A DNA stretch of 64,000 bases from Herpetosiphon sp. NSE202 (GCF_042688385.1 NZ_JBHUPY010000007.1:322110-386109), one strand, 5' to 3'. Shown: positions 28,950 through 38,022, counted from the first letter of the stretch. The notes: generated by a model not told the origin, from the letters alone. A program made the numbers and translations.

Positions 28950-31613
28950 TCAACGCGGATACAGATAGCGAATCGTCTCAATATTGATTTCCATTGGAGC
29001 CATGCGCCACTCAGTTTGCCATTCTTGCTCCCGCCATGTCAACTGGGTAAAGGCCGGATTCCAAGGTTGGCCAGTTATGAGCGTTTTTCCATCGTTATCT
29101 AAGGCTAATAATCGATGCTCAGTCGGCTCAATCTGCGAACGCAAAGCTAGGCTTGGTTGCTGCGTATTATAGATGCTCAGGCGACGTTTAAGCCCAACAT
29201 AACCAAAATTCACCGCTAGCCACTTACCATCAGGCGACCATAAAAACTGGTCTTGGCTATGAGCATAAAAGCCTGCATCAAGCTGATACCAGCGTTGCTG
29301 CGCAAATTCATACAAGCCAACATAGTGATCATGCTTGGGGTTCAAGCTTGGTAGAATTAACCCAAAACGCTCACCATCGGGCGCAAAGCTCAAGCCCACC
29401 AGATCGATCAATGGCAGCGTCAATTCATGGCTTTGTTGCGCGACCAAATCGAGCACCTTCACCAACATGGTTTGCTTATTCGCCGTTGCCAGGGGATAGA
29501 GCAACCAGCGTTGGTTGGGAGAAACAATGATCCTGGCATAGATTGGGGCACTTGTAACTGCTGGATCATTGGCAACAACGCTGGGAATTTCGGCCAGTTT
29601 TGTGGCTTGAAACGGTGGGCCTAATTGCACCCGCCAAAGCACCTGCGGGTTCGGCCCAGCTTGGAGAAAATAAGCGCTATCGCCGTGCCATGCAATTGGT
29701 TTAGCCCATTGCAACTCAGGCCATGTCCTTGAATCAGCGAGAATATTCCATGCGCCGGTTTGCACATTAATCTGAACTAACTGACTGGAGCCAGTAAATT
29801 GATCACTGCGCTGTAAATCTTGGCCCACAATCACCAGCAAGCTGCGATAATCGGGTGCCAGCAAGGGGTCAAAATCCAACTCACCAGTACTAACAATTTT
29901 TTCAAATTGCCATTCCACAGTTCGTTGGGTGCTTAGGTCGAGCATTTGCCACTGGCGTGATTGGGGGCGTTGTAGCACTAAGGGCAACTGATTGTAACGC
30001 GGAAACGTGCGCACCACAAAATCGGCAAGTAACTCCGTGTGCAAGTCGCTATCGATCCGCTGAATGCCACCGTTAGCAGCAATCAAGGCCACGGGCTTGG
30101 TCGTAGCAGGCACGATCGTTGGCAAAGCTGTCTGTTCATAGATCGAAACAGGGCTAGGCAAGGGCGTAACCGCTGCTTGAAATTCACTTGCAAGCGGTTC
30201 AATTGGCACACCGCTAACCTCGCCAAGCCACAGAATGCCATTATCGCCAATGATCGTTGGCTCAACCACTTGGGTCAACGTATTGGTTGCCATATTCCAA
30301 AGGCTAAGATCGCGTTTGGAACTCACATAATCAGGCGTGATTACTAACCATTGATCGGCACTATTGGTTGGATAGAGGCTGCTAAACATATCATGCTTGA
30401 TCGTGGCAATCAATCGGCCAGTTTGCAGATCATAGGCTAAATAGTCATCATTTGCGCTGAACGAACTGGTAGGCGGAGCCGCACTATCAATAACTAAGAT
30501 CGTTTGATCGTTGGATAAAAAGCCTGCTCTGGGCATCCACTCAAATGGGCTTGCGTCTAATTCAACTGAACGCTCATCGCCAGTTGCCCAATTGATCAGG
30601 CTCAATGTTGTTGGGCTACGAAATACGCCCAATAACGGTTGGCTGCCATCGCCCAAAATTGTAGCATTGGAGAGTGAACCAAATTCTTGGTAGGCTTGGG
30701 TTGCAGGGTCATAGTGAAATAGGGTTTCCGGTGTGGAAAACCAAATATGGCCAGTGCTAGTGCGCAACAGTTGATCAACTGCTGGCAATTTAAAATTTTG
30801 GGCTGGTTGCAGCAAAATTCCATCATTCAACCCAAGGTGACTTAAACGCCAGGTCATCGTTGCTTGATTAATTTCAATCAGATAGACCCCAGTGCCAGCC
30901 TGATCAAGCGTCAAGTGACTTGTATAATCAAGCGCCGTTTTGGGCAACAAACCATAGCGCCATAGTTCGCGACCAGTCGCCAAATCAAGCGCAACCAATT
31001 GCTGATTGCGCGGAATCAAGACACGTTGTTGCGCAGGCAACAAGGCCATAAAGCGGTCGGCATAGGCATCAACGGCAGCAATCGAAACCAAATTATTGGA
31101 GTCGATTCGCACGAGGTTATGGCCCGCAGGATTATGCACAATCGCATAGCGCTGACTTTGGCTGGCTGGCGTTGAGCGCGCAGTTGGCGCTGGCAACGGC
31201 GTAACGGTTGCGGCTGGTAGATTGGTTGGTGCTGGCTCAATCACTGGCACAATCGTAGGTAAGCGAGTCGGATCACCGGGCAAATTAGGAGGAACGGTTG
31301 TCAGCGCAAGTTCTGGTTGCACCGTCACCAAACGAATCTCGCCCAGTTTATCGGGCACGAGCCGAATTGATGGTGGCTCTGTAGGGCGGGTAGGAAACGG
31401 CGCAGCAATCAAGGTCGGGCTAGGTTGAATACTTGGCGTTGGCGAGCCAAGCAAGGCCACAGCGCTTGGTTCAATTGGTGGCGCATCAGGCTCATTGGGC
31501 ATCAATGTCAGCGCCAGCATCAAACCAATTAAGCCCAGCGCCCCCACCACTGGCAACACCCGCCACCAATTGCGATCCTTGCCAAGTTTGACTCGCTCTC
31601 GTTGTGGTTGCAT
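28950..31613 (-). CDS. paralog B3: signal-anchored two-domain beta-propeller-repeat protein
   Basis: 887 aa. N-terminus MQPQRERVKLGKDRNWWRVLPVVGALGLIGLMLALT is nearly identical to B2. FLWSPDGKWLAV and SFAPDGERF motifs; C-terminal ...RYLYPR. The 5' flank is duplicated with that of B2. Confidence 0.75.
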   Translation of the reverse strand: MQPQRERVKLGKDRNWWRVLPVVGALGLIGLMLALTLMPNEPDAPPIEPSAVALLGSPTPSIQPSPTLIAAPFPTRPTEPPSIRLVPDKLGEIRLVTVQPELALTTVPPNLPGDPTRLPTIVPVIEPAPTNLPAATVTPLPAPTARSTPASQSQRYAIVHNPAGHNLVRIDSNNLVSIAAVDAYADRFMALLPAQQRVLIPRNQQLVALDLATGRELWRYGLLPKTALDYTSHLTLDQAGTGVYLIEINQATMTWRLSHLGLNDGILLQPAQNFKLPAVDQLLRTSTGHIWFSTPETLFHYDPATQAYQEFGSLSNATILGDGSQPLLGVFRSPTTLSLINWATGDERSVELDASPFEWMPRAGFLSNDQTILVIDSAAPPTSSFSANDDYLAYDLQTGRLIATIKHDMFSSLYPTNSADQWLVITPDYVSSKRDLSLWNMATNTLTQVVEPTIIGDNGILWLGEVSGVPIEPLASEFQAAVTPLPSPVSIYEQTALPTIVPATTKPVALIAANGGIQRIDSDLHTELLADFVVRTFPRYNQLPLVLQRPQSRQWQMLDLSTQRTVEWQFEKIVSTGELDFDPLLAPDYRSLLVIVGQDLQRSDQFTGSSQLVQINVQTGAWNILADSRTWPELQWAKPIAWHGDSAYFLQAGPNPQVLWRVQLGPPFQATKLAEIPSVVANDPAVTSAPIYARIIVSPNQRWLLYPLATANKQTMLVKVLDLVAQQSHELTLPLIDLVGLSFAPDGERFGLILPSLNPKHDHYVGLYEFAQQRWYQLDAGFYAHSQDQFLWSPDGKWLAVNFGYVGLKRRLSIYNTQQPSLALRSQIEPTEHRLLALDNDGKTLITGQPWNPAFTQLTWREQEWQTEWRMAPMEINIETIRYLYPR

Positions 31614-31685
31614 CGAAATTCTTCCTCTCTATTCAATCATGAGTGGCGATGGGCTATGGGCTTTTGGCGTTAACCATAGCCTGAT

Positions 31686-31788
31686 CCCCTCACCCCCTAG
31701 CCCCCTCGCCCGCCCACGGGCGAGGGGGAACCACGCGGCACTTACTCCCCTCGCCCGCGTTCAGTGGGAGAGGGGCTGGGGGTGAGGG
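31686..31788. repeat. full copy (B) of the nested-palindromic G-rich MITE/REP-like element
   Basis: Left arm cccctcaccccctagccccctcgcccgcccacgggcgaggggg, spacer, then right arm cccctcgcccgcgttcagtgggagaggggctgggggtgaggg. The arms are mutual reverse complements. Confidence 0.7.
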
Positions 31789-31878
31789 CATGCTACTTAT
31801 TCCCAATCTAATGAACCCACATATAGCCGATAGCTCATAGCCCGATCCCCGATCCCCGATCCCCAGCCTCCATTCGCC

Positions 31879-32730
31879 TTACAAGCCTGCAAACAAATCG
31901 TGCTCGTGGCCGTTGGGGGCTGGCACAACCCGACTAAATTGCTCGCGGCCAAGAAAGCGCTGACGCAACAAACGTGGCAGTTTAAAGCTCAGCGCCATTT
32001 GGCCAAGTTGGCTGCGATGAGCCTGCCAAGCAGCAACTTTTTGGTCAATCACACTTGAGCAATCAACACTGGCGGTTGGCGGATTAACCGCATCCAAGAT
32101 CTTTACAAAATCAACATCGCCATTATTGCCACCCTTACGTGGGTCGCGGCCCGAAAGTCGCCATGCCCGCACCATCAATTTAATCATCAAGGGATTAAAG
32201 GTCGAGTAATAGAGTTTGCGCGGAGTCCAAGTTGGCAAGCCAGCATCAAGTTGTTCGGGCAACCACGAGCCAGCGCCAGCGCGCTCGAAGGCCATATGGG
32301 TCGCATGGTGGATGGCAATATGATCGGGATGGCCATAGCCGCCATATTCATTAAAGGTAATCACCACCTGTGGTTGAATTGCTCGAATTGCGGCGGTTAT
32401 TTTGGCGGCAACTGCTTCGACCGGGGCTTGCACCAAAGCTTCGGGGTGCTCGTTAGCGGGCGTGTTAGCCATACCCGAATCACGATAATTTAAAAAGTGA
32501 TAGGCGGCCAAACCCATCGCATTAGCTGCATCGCCCAACTCGGTTGCCCGCAGCGTAGCAATATCGCCGTAGCCATGCAACAAACTTTGGTCAACATCGC
32601 CAGCCTCGCCACGGGTGGCACAAATATAATGCACACTAACCCCGTGATGGGCATAATAGGCAATCGTGCCAGCGTTGCCAAAACTCTCGTCATCGGGGTG
32701 AGCATAGACAAACAGCAAGCGGCGGGTCAT
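31879..32730 (-). CDS. PIG-L / LmbE family N-acetylglucosaminyl deacetylase
   Basis: VYAHPDDE (LmbE motif), HPDH and a Zn-binding His/Asp pattern. The ORF-track start at 32874 is probably an extension; the likely start is MTRRLLFVYAHPDDE at 32730. Confidence 0.75.
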   Translation of the reverse strand: MTRRLLFVYAHPDDESFGNAGTIAYYAHHGVSVHYICATRGEAGDVDQSLLHGYGDIATLRATELGDAANAMGLAAYHFLNYRDSGMANTPANEHPEALVQAPVEAVAAKITAAIRAIQPQVVITFNEYGGYGHPDHIAIHHATHMAFERAGAGSWLPEQLDAGLPTWTPRKLYYSTFNPLMIKLMVRAWRLSGRDPRKGGNNGDVDFVKILDAVNPPTASVDCSSVIDQKVAAWQAHRSQLGQMALSFKLPRLLRQRFLGREQFSRVVPAPNGHEHDLFAGL

Positions 32731-32945
32731 TGGCGCAGTATTCAGCCAATGCGATTCAATCCCATAAGCGCGCAGATCGCATGGAAAATGCATGGGAGCG
32801 TTCCTCACACAAACAATAGGTATGGTCGGACGCTTTGGGCTGTTTGTCAAGAACGTGGCAATATTGGCCTGCAACGTATACCAAGCCTATAGTATACTTA
32901 AGCTACGCTGTTCTCCAACTAATCTAGCTTCGTTCCGGCCCAACA

Positions 32946-35366
32946 TTGCTCAATTACGCTAGTTTCGTTCATCCTATGGTGAGAGTTATGCATTGGTGCT
33001 CGTTGATTCCAAGCACATTAAGCGATGCTCAAGCACGCCAACAGTTATTGCTGGTGATGCTGAGGGGTGTCTTTTTTGTTTTTACGCCCGTTCAAATTCT
33101 GTTAAGTTTGATGCAGGCAAGCATTAGCTGGCCCCGCCTAGCAGTCATTGGGGTGGTCAATCTGATCTGTGTTTGGCTCTGGAGCTTAGTCAAACGCAAC
33201 CAGCTTGATCACGCAGCCAAGCTGTTTGTTGGCTTATTTTGGCTAGTATTTAGCGGTTTGATGCTCACCACTGGCGGAATTGCGTCGCCTTCGATCATTG
33301 CCTATTTTTTTGTTATTTTTGCTGCCAGCTTTTTGCTCAGCGAACGCGCTAGCTTGCTGGTTGCCCTGCTCAGTTTAGGTGTAACTTTAGCCGCAGTAGT
33401 GCTCGAAAGCCAGCAACTGCTGCCAAAGCCATTAATTGTTTATACGCCATTTTCGCGCTGGCTCAGCTATAGTTTTTACTTTGGCTTGATGCTGGTTTTT
33501 CAAATTGTCAGTGGGCGCTTGGTTTATAACGCCTTGCAAAAAGCCCAAACTGAGTTGAACGAACGCCAACGAATCGAAGCTGAATTACGCCATTCTGAAG
33601 CCCAATATCGCCTACTTTTCGAAACTACGCCAATTGGGATTGGTATGGCCAAAATGGATGGCACAGTCATCGCGGTCAATCCAACTGGCAGCCACATGCT
33701 GGGCTATAGCAATGAAGAATTTATGCAATTCAAGCTCGAACAGTTGTATGCTTATCCCAATCAGCGTGCCGACATCATTCAAATGGCCCAACAACACGGC
33801 AAAATTCGCGATTTTGAAATGGCGTTTCGCCACCGTGATGGTGATTTAGTGTGGGCCTTGGTCAATGTTGATCTGCAATCGATCAACGATGAGTTGGTGA
33901 CCATTTCGACCTTGCGCGACATTACCGGCCAACGCACTGCTGAACAGGCTTTACGTACCAACGAGGCTCGTTTTCGCGCAATGTTTGAGCACGCAGCAAT
34001 TGGCATTGTCCTAATTGATACCAATGGTGTGGCCTTCCGCGCCAACCCGACCGCCTGTATGTTGTTCAATTTTAGCGAACGCGATTTGCAACACGAGCCG
34101 TTTATCAACTTTACCCATCCCGATGACCGTGAATTTGAAATGAGCTTAAACCAAGAGTTGCTTGCTGGGCAGTGCGATTCGTATCAAATTGAAAAACGCT
34201 TTTTACGCTCCGATGGCGGGATTGTGTGGGGTCGTTTGTGTGCCTCGTTGGTGCAAGATAGCGACGATAACCCACTCTTTACCATCGCCATGATCGAGGA
34301 TCTTAGCTCATACAAAGCAACCCGTGAGCAGCTCGACCTGCAAATGCAAACCCTCACTGCGCTCTACTATAGCTCGCAACGCTTAACCACCAAGCTCAAA
34401 GTCGAAGAACTGGCCCGCGATGTTGCGGATAGCTGTGTTAATATTTTTGGCGCGCAACGGGCTTGGCTCACGCTCAATCAAAGCGATCAATTGCTTGACC
34501 ACACCAATCACAACGACCCGCAGCTCCCAAGCATCCAAATTGAAATAGAAACAGTCGAGCCGCTTGACGACAGTGTTAGCCAGACCATGGCTTTTCCATT
34601 GGTCAGCCATAATCACACCTTTGGCATGCTCAATTTGCAAAGCAACCAAGCCGATTTCTTTCAAGCTGAACGCAACGATATGCTGCAAACCTATGCCAGC
34701 CAAGTTGCCGCCGCCTTGGATAATGCGCTGCTCTTCCAGCATTTGCAACAGATCAATCATGAAGTTACCAGCGCCTACGATATGACGATTGAAGGCTGGT
34801 CGCGGGCCTTGGATCTGCGCGATCACGAGACCGAAGGCCATACCCAGCGCGTGACGTGGATGACCGAACAGCTTGCAGCAGCAATGGGCAAATTCAGCGC
34901 AGAGGAATTAATTCATGTGCGGCGCGGCGCGTTGCTCCACGATATTGGCAAAATGGGCGTGCCCGATGCAATTTTGCACAAGCCAGGCCCGCTCGATGAT
35001 GATGAATGGGTGATTATGCGCCGCCATCCAGTCTATGCCTACCAGTTACTCGCGCCAATTCTCTATTTGCAAGGCTCGCTCGATATTCCGCATTATCATC
35101 ATGAACGCTGGGATGGCACGGGCTATCCCAAGGGCTTGCAAGCAGAAGCGATTCCCTTGGCTGCACGGGTGTTTGCCGTGGTCGATGTTTGGGATGCCTT
35201 GCGCTCTGATCGTCCGTATCGCAAGGGCTGGTCGGATCAGCGGATTATGGAATATCTCGCAACGGAATCGGGCAAGCATTTTGATCCAATGGTGGTTGAG
35301 GTATTTTTGCAATTGCTTAAAACTATGAGCGTTGCCGAGGTACGCAACCCAGTCAGCGAGCAATGA
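32946..35366 (+). CDS. membrane-associated PAS/PAC-GAF sensor fused to an HD-GYP c-di-GMP phosphodiesterase domain
   Basis: 806 aa. N-terminal multi-TM region, two PAS/PAC-like segments, a GAF-like segment, and C-terminal HDIGKMGVPD...HHERWDGTGYPKGL (the HD...GYP signature). Confidence 0.85.
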   Translation: MLNYASFVHPMVRVMHWCSLIPSTLSDAQARQQLLLVMLRGVFFVFTPVQILLSLMQASISWPRLAVIGVVNLICVWLWSLVKRNQLDHAAKLFVGLFWLVFSGLMLTTGGIASPSIIAYFFVIFAASFLLSERASLLVALLSLGVTLAAVVLESQQLLPKPLIVYTPFSRWLSYSFYFGLMLVFQIVSGRLVYNALQKAQTELNERQRIEAELRHSEAQYRLLFETTPIGIGMAKMDGTVIAVNPTGSHMLGYSNEEFMQFKLEQLYAYPNQRADIIQMAQQHGKIRDFEMAFRHRDGDLVWALVNVDLQSINDELVTISTLRDITGQRTAEQALRTNEARFRAMFEHAAIGIVLIDTNGVAFRANPTACMLFNFSERDLQHEPFINFTHPDDREFEMSLNQELLAGQCDSYQIEKRFLRSDGGIVWGRLCASLVQDSDDNPLFTIAMIEDLSSYKATREQLDLQMQTLTALYYSSQRLTTKLKVEELARDVADSCVNIFGAQRAWLTLNQSDQLLDHTNHNDPQLPSIQIEIETVEPLDDSVSQTMAFPLVSHNHTFGMLNLQSNQADFFQAERNDMLQTYASQVAAALDNALLFQHLQQINHEVTSAYDMTIEGWSRALDLRDHETEGHTQRVTWMTEQLAAAMGKFSAEELIHVRRGALLHDIGKMGVPDAILHKPGPLDDDEWVIMRRHPVYAYQLLAPILYLQGSLDIPHYHHERWDGTGYPKGLQAEAIPLAARVFAVVDVWDALRSDRPYRKGWSDQRIMEYLATESGKHFDPMVVEVFLQLLKTMSVAEVRNPVSEQ

Positions 35367-35400
35367 AAAACAGGCGAGCTAGCACACTAGCCCGCCTGTT
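35367..35400 (-). terminator. putative intrinsic terminator for the minus-strand DUF4097-like gene; also lies 3' of the convergent HD-GYP gene
   Basis: caggcgagctag-cacac-tagcccgcctg hairpin, followed on the minus strand by TTTTTCA. Confidence 0.4.
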
Positions 35401-35409
35401 GAGCAAATT

Positions 35410-36972
35410 TTAGCCTAATGCTTCGAGCAAGAGCGCTGCTTCGTCGGCGCTAATCTTGCCACTTTGCACCATCTTCAAAATCGCCAAGCGTTCTTGGGTT
35501 TTATCAACTGCTGGAGCTTCGGCTGCTGGAGTTTCAGCTGCTTGGGCAACAGGTGCGGCCTGCGCTGCAGCTGCTGCTTGCTCTGGCGTAATCCGCACGG
35601 TATCGCCGGTGTAGGCCACGTGTTGGCTTGATGATGATCCATCATCTTCACTAATCGAGACGCGATGTGGCGCATTTGGCGCTGCTGGTGGCGCTGGCGC
35701 ATTTGGCGCTGCTGGTGGCGCTGGCGGGCGTGGCGCATTTGGCCGAGCAACATTTTTCTCGATATTGCCCAAGGCTTGGCCAATCGCCTCGTAAGCGCGG
35801 CTAATGCCTTCATCAGCAGCTCGTTTGGCTTGCTCTTTCAAGCGCTCGATTCGCTCAGGGTCGAAACGATATTCGCGTTCGTTGATCCGCACGCTGACAC
35901 GTTCGGCGGCTTTGGCAGCCCGTTCAGCAGCGCGTTCGGTGGCTTGGCGGGCGCGTTCAGCAGCCTTTTCGCCCTTGCCACCATGCCAATCGCGGCTGAG
36001 TTCGCTGAATTGGGCGGCAATATCACGGCCCATCGAGGCTAGGTCATCGGTGAAATCGCGAATTGCGCGGTTGAAATCATCGCTCTTCCAATTCCAGTTG
36101 CCGCCCCAATTGCCGCTGCCCACGCTCTTCGATTGGCCTGCTGCCGCAGCGCCACGAATGCTCAAATCGCCTTGTACATTGACTTCGAGCCGAGCCGAGC
36201 CATTGCCCCAGGTCAGGCTAATGCCACCAGGCTCACGGTCGGCCATGCCGGAAACATCGCCTTGCACAAAGCCGTTGACGGTCAAATTGGCATCGTCGGT
36301 AACTTCCAAAATCAGATCGCCACTCGCATTGGCGTGATAGACGTGCTCAGGGAACCAATTGACACCTAATTTCAAATCGCCATCAACGTGAATTGGCGCA
36401 AGGCTCTTGATTAGGCCACGCAAGGTTGCATCGCCACTCACCCGAGTAACTGCCACATCACCAGTAATATCGCTAGCGCTCAAATCGCCATGAATATTGC
36501 TAATCGTCAGGTTATGCACTTGGCCGATTTTTGCATCGCCATTGACATTTTTGACTACCACAGTATCAGCGTTCTCATAGATTTTGAGATCGCCATCAAT
36601 GTTGGCGATGGTAATGTTGGCGCTTTTGGTTAATACCGCATCGCCCTGCACCGAAGCACCTTCGAAGGTTTGCACATCGCGAATATTAAGATCGCCTTCA
36701 ATTTGGCGGGTGTGAACTGCCGCAATCCCACTAATATCCAGGTCGCCTTGCACTACTTCTAGGGTCAAGGTTGTGCCATGGGGCAAGCGCAATTCCAAAT
36801 CATCGGAGCAGCGCTCGATCGAAAGATGGCCTTCTTGGGCGCGAAAACTAATCTCATCTTCAGCAACATCAAACCAGGCTTCGGCGAGATCGTGGGCAAT
36901 AACCCGTAAGTTTCCTTCACAAATGCGAACCGCCACGGTTGGATTCGTACCAATATTAATACGTTGTTGCAT
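35410..36972 (-). CDS. DUF4097-like (toast-rack / putative adhesin beta-strand repeat) protein with a Pro/Ala-rich linker and a C-terminal SHOCT/DUF1707-like peptide module
   Basis: 520 aa. Many GDLxI / GDAxL beta-strand repeats (VVQGDLDISG, ANIDGDLKIY, NVNGDAKIG...), then a coiled ERAAERAAKAAER segment, a PAPPAAPNAPAPPAAPNAP linker, and a C-terminal QERLAILKMVQSGKISADEAALLLEALG. Confidence 0.7.
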   Translation of the reverse strand: MQQRINIGTNPTVAVRICEGNLRVIAHDLAEAWFDVAEDEISFRAQEGHLSIERCSDDLELRLPHGTTLTLEVVQGDLDISGIAAVHTRQIEGDLNIRDVQTFEGASVQGDAVLTKSANITIANIDGDLKIYENADTVVVKNVNGDAKIGQVHNLTISNIHGDLSASDITGDVAVTRVSGDATLRGLIKSLAPIHVDGDLKLGVNWFPEHVYHANASGDLILEVTDDANLTVNGFVQGDVSGMADREPGGISLTWGNGSARLEVNVQGDLSIRGAAAAGQSKSVGSGNWGGNWNWKSDDFNRAIRDFTDDLASMGRDIAAQFSELSRDWHGGKGEKAAERARQATERAAERAAKAAERVSVRINEREYRFDPERIERLKEQAKRAADEGISRAYEAIGQALGNIEKNVARPNAPRPPAPPAAPNAPAPPAAPNAPHRVSISEDDGSSSSQHVAYTGDTVRITPEQAAAAAQAAPVAQAAETPAAEAPAVDKTQERLAILKMVQSGKISADEAALLLEALG

Positions 36973-36984
36973 CGCTCAGACTCC

Positions 36985-37347
36985 TTATTCAACCACAATT
37001 TCAATACGTTCGCCGTCTTCAAGATCTTCCATATCAACGATTTTGCCAGTCATACCGCCGCGAATTGCTTCCAACATTTCGTCAAAGTTAAGCGTCGTAT
37101 GTTTGTTGGAAGCAAAGCGTGCACCGAGTTTCAAGCCAATGCTAATCAAGCCAACTGGAATATTGACATTGATTTTGTGATGGTTGGACTTCAAATCGGT
37201 TACCCGAATGCGCACCCATTGAGCACGCACTGGGCGAGAAATTCGATTGTTTGGCTCCATCACGCCAAGCAAACGTGCGCCTTCTTCGGCAGTCAATTGG
37301 CCATTTTCAATCAGGCGCAAAATGCGCATGCGTTCTTCGGTTGCCAT
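36985..37347 (-). CDS. small protein carrying the same N-terminal EERMRILRLIENGQLTAEEGARLL module
   Basis: 120 aa. Separated by 12 nt from the downstream DUF4097-like gene and by 11 nt from the upstream DUF2089-like gene, so a three-gene operon is likely. Confidence 0.6.
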   Translation of the reverse strand: MATEERMRILRLIENGQLTAEEGARLLGVMEPNNRISRPVRAQWVRIRVTDLKSNHHKINVNIPVGLISIGLKLGARFASNKHTTLNFDEMLEAIRGGMTGKIVDMEDLEDGERIEIVVE

Positions 37348-37358
37348 TGAATACCTTC

Positions 37359-37718
37359 CTAGCCTTGCAGCAGTTTGAGCGCTTCTTCAGCACTCAGTTC
37401 GCCGGTTTCAAGTTGCCGCAACACCTCGCGCGAATCAGGTCGCGAAATTGAGGGCGGCGCACCCAAAGCAGCAGCGATTTCGTCCATGCGCATTCGCGCT
37501 GTCGTATACGACACATTCAACGAGCCTGCGACTTGGTTGACGTTGCCCCGATGTTGGGCCAAGAGTTCCACAAAGCTGAGTTGTTCGCGGGTCAAACGTC
37601 CCAAGCGCCCGAGCGTAAATTGGCCTTCAATCGCCGTGTTGCAAATTGCACATTCCAACCGAGTGCTGGTGAGTTCGCCCATACAAACTGGACATTGAGT
37701 CAAGATAGGATTCATCAA
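37359..37718 (-). CDS. DUF2089-like zinc-ribbon plus HTH protein, putative regulator of the triad
   Basis: 119 aa. N-terminal CPVCMGEL...CAICN zinc ribbon, a central HTH-like segment (LSFVELLAQHRGNVNQVAGSLNVSYTTARMRMDEI), and C-terminal LRQLETGELSAEEALKLLQG. An AT-rich promoter region with TTGACA lies upstream. Confidence 0.65.
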   Translation of the reverse strand: MMNPILTQCPVCMGELTSTRLECAICNTAIEGQFTLGRLGRLTREQLSFVELLAQHRGNVNQVAGSLNVSYTTARMRMDEIAAALGAPPSISRPDSREVLRQLETGELSAEEALKLLQG

Positions 37719-37840
37719 TACCTCGCGAAGTATCAGTTCATCTACGAAAAAGTGTAACCTATCCTGATAATAATTGTCAATCTATCTTATATTAATTTTA
37801 GATTAGAAAGTTTTAGCTAAAAAATGGCTGGTATTAAGAT

Positions 37841-38022
37841 CCCCTCACCCCAACCCCTCTCCCGCCCAGCAGGCGAGGGGCTTTAACCGCGTGGTTCTCT
37901 CCCAATTCCTTGGTGCATCACGGATGCTCTCCCTCGCCCGCATTCAGTGGATGACGAAACTTCAACTATTTCGCTCCCCCTCGCCCGCGTTCAGTGGGAG
38001 AGGGGGCTGGGGGGTGAGGGAA
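37841..38022. repeat. full copy (C) of the MITE/REP-like element, with an internal partial duplication of the right arm
   Basis: cccctcaccccaacccctctcccgcccagcaggcgagggg ... ccctcgcccgcattcagtgg ... cccctcgcccgcgttcagtgggagagggggctggggggtgaggg. Confidence 0.7.
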
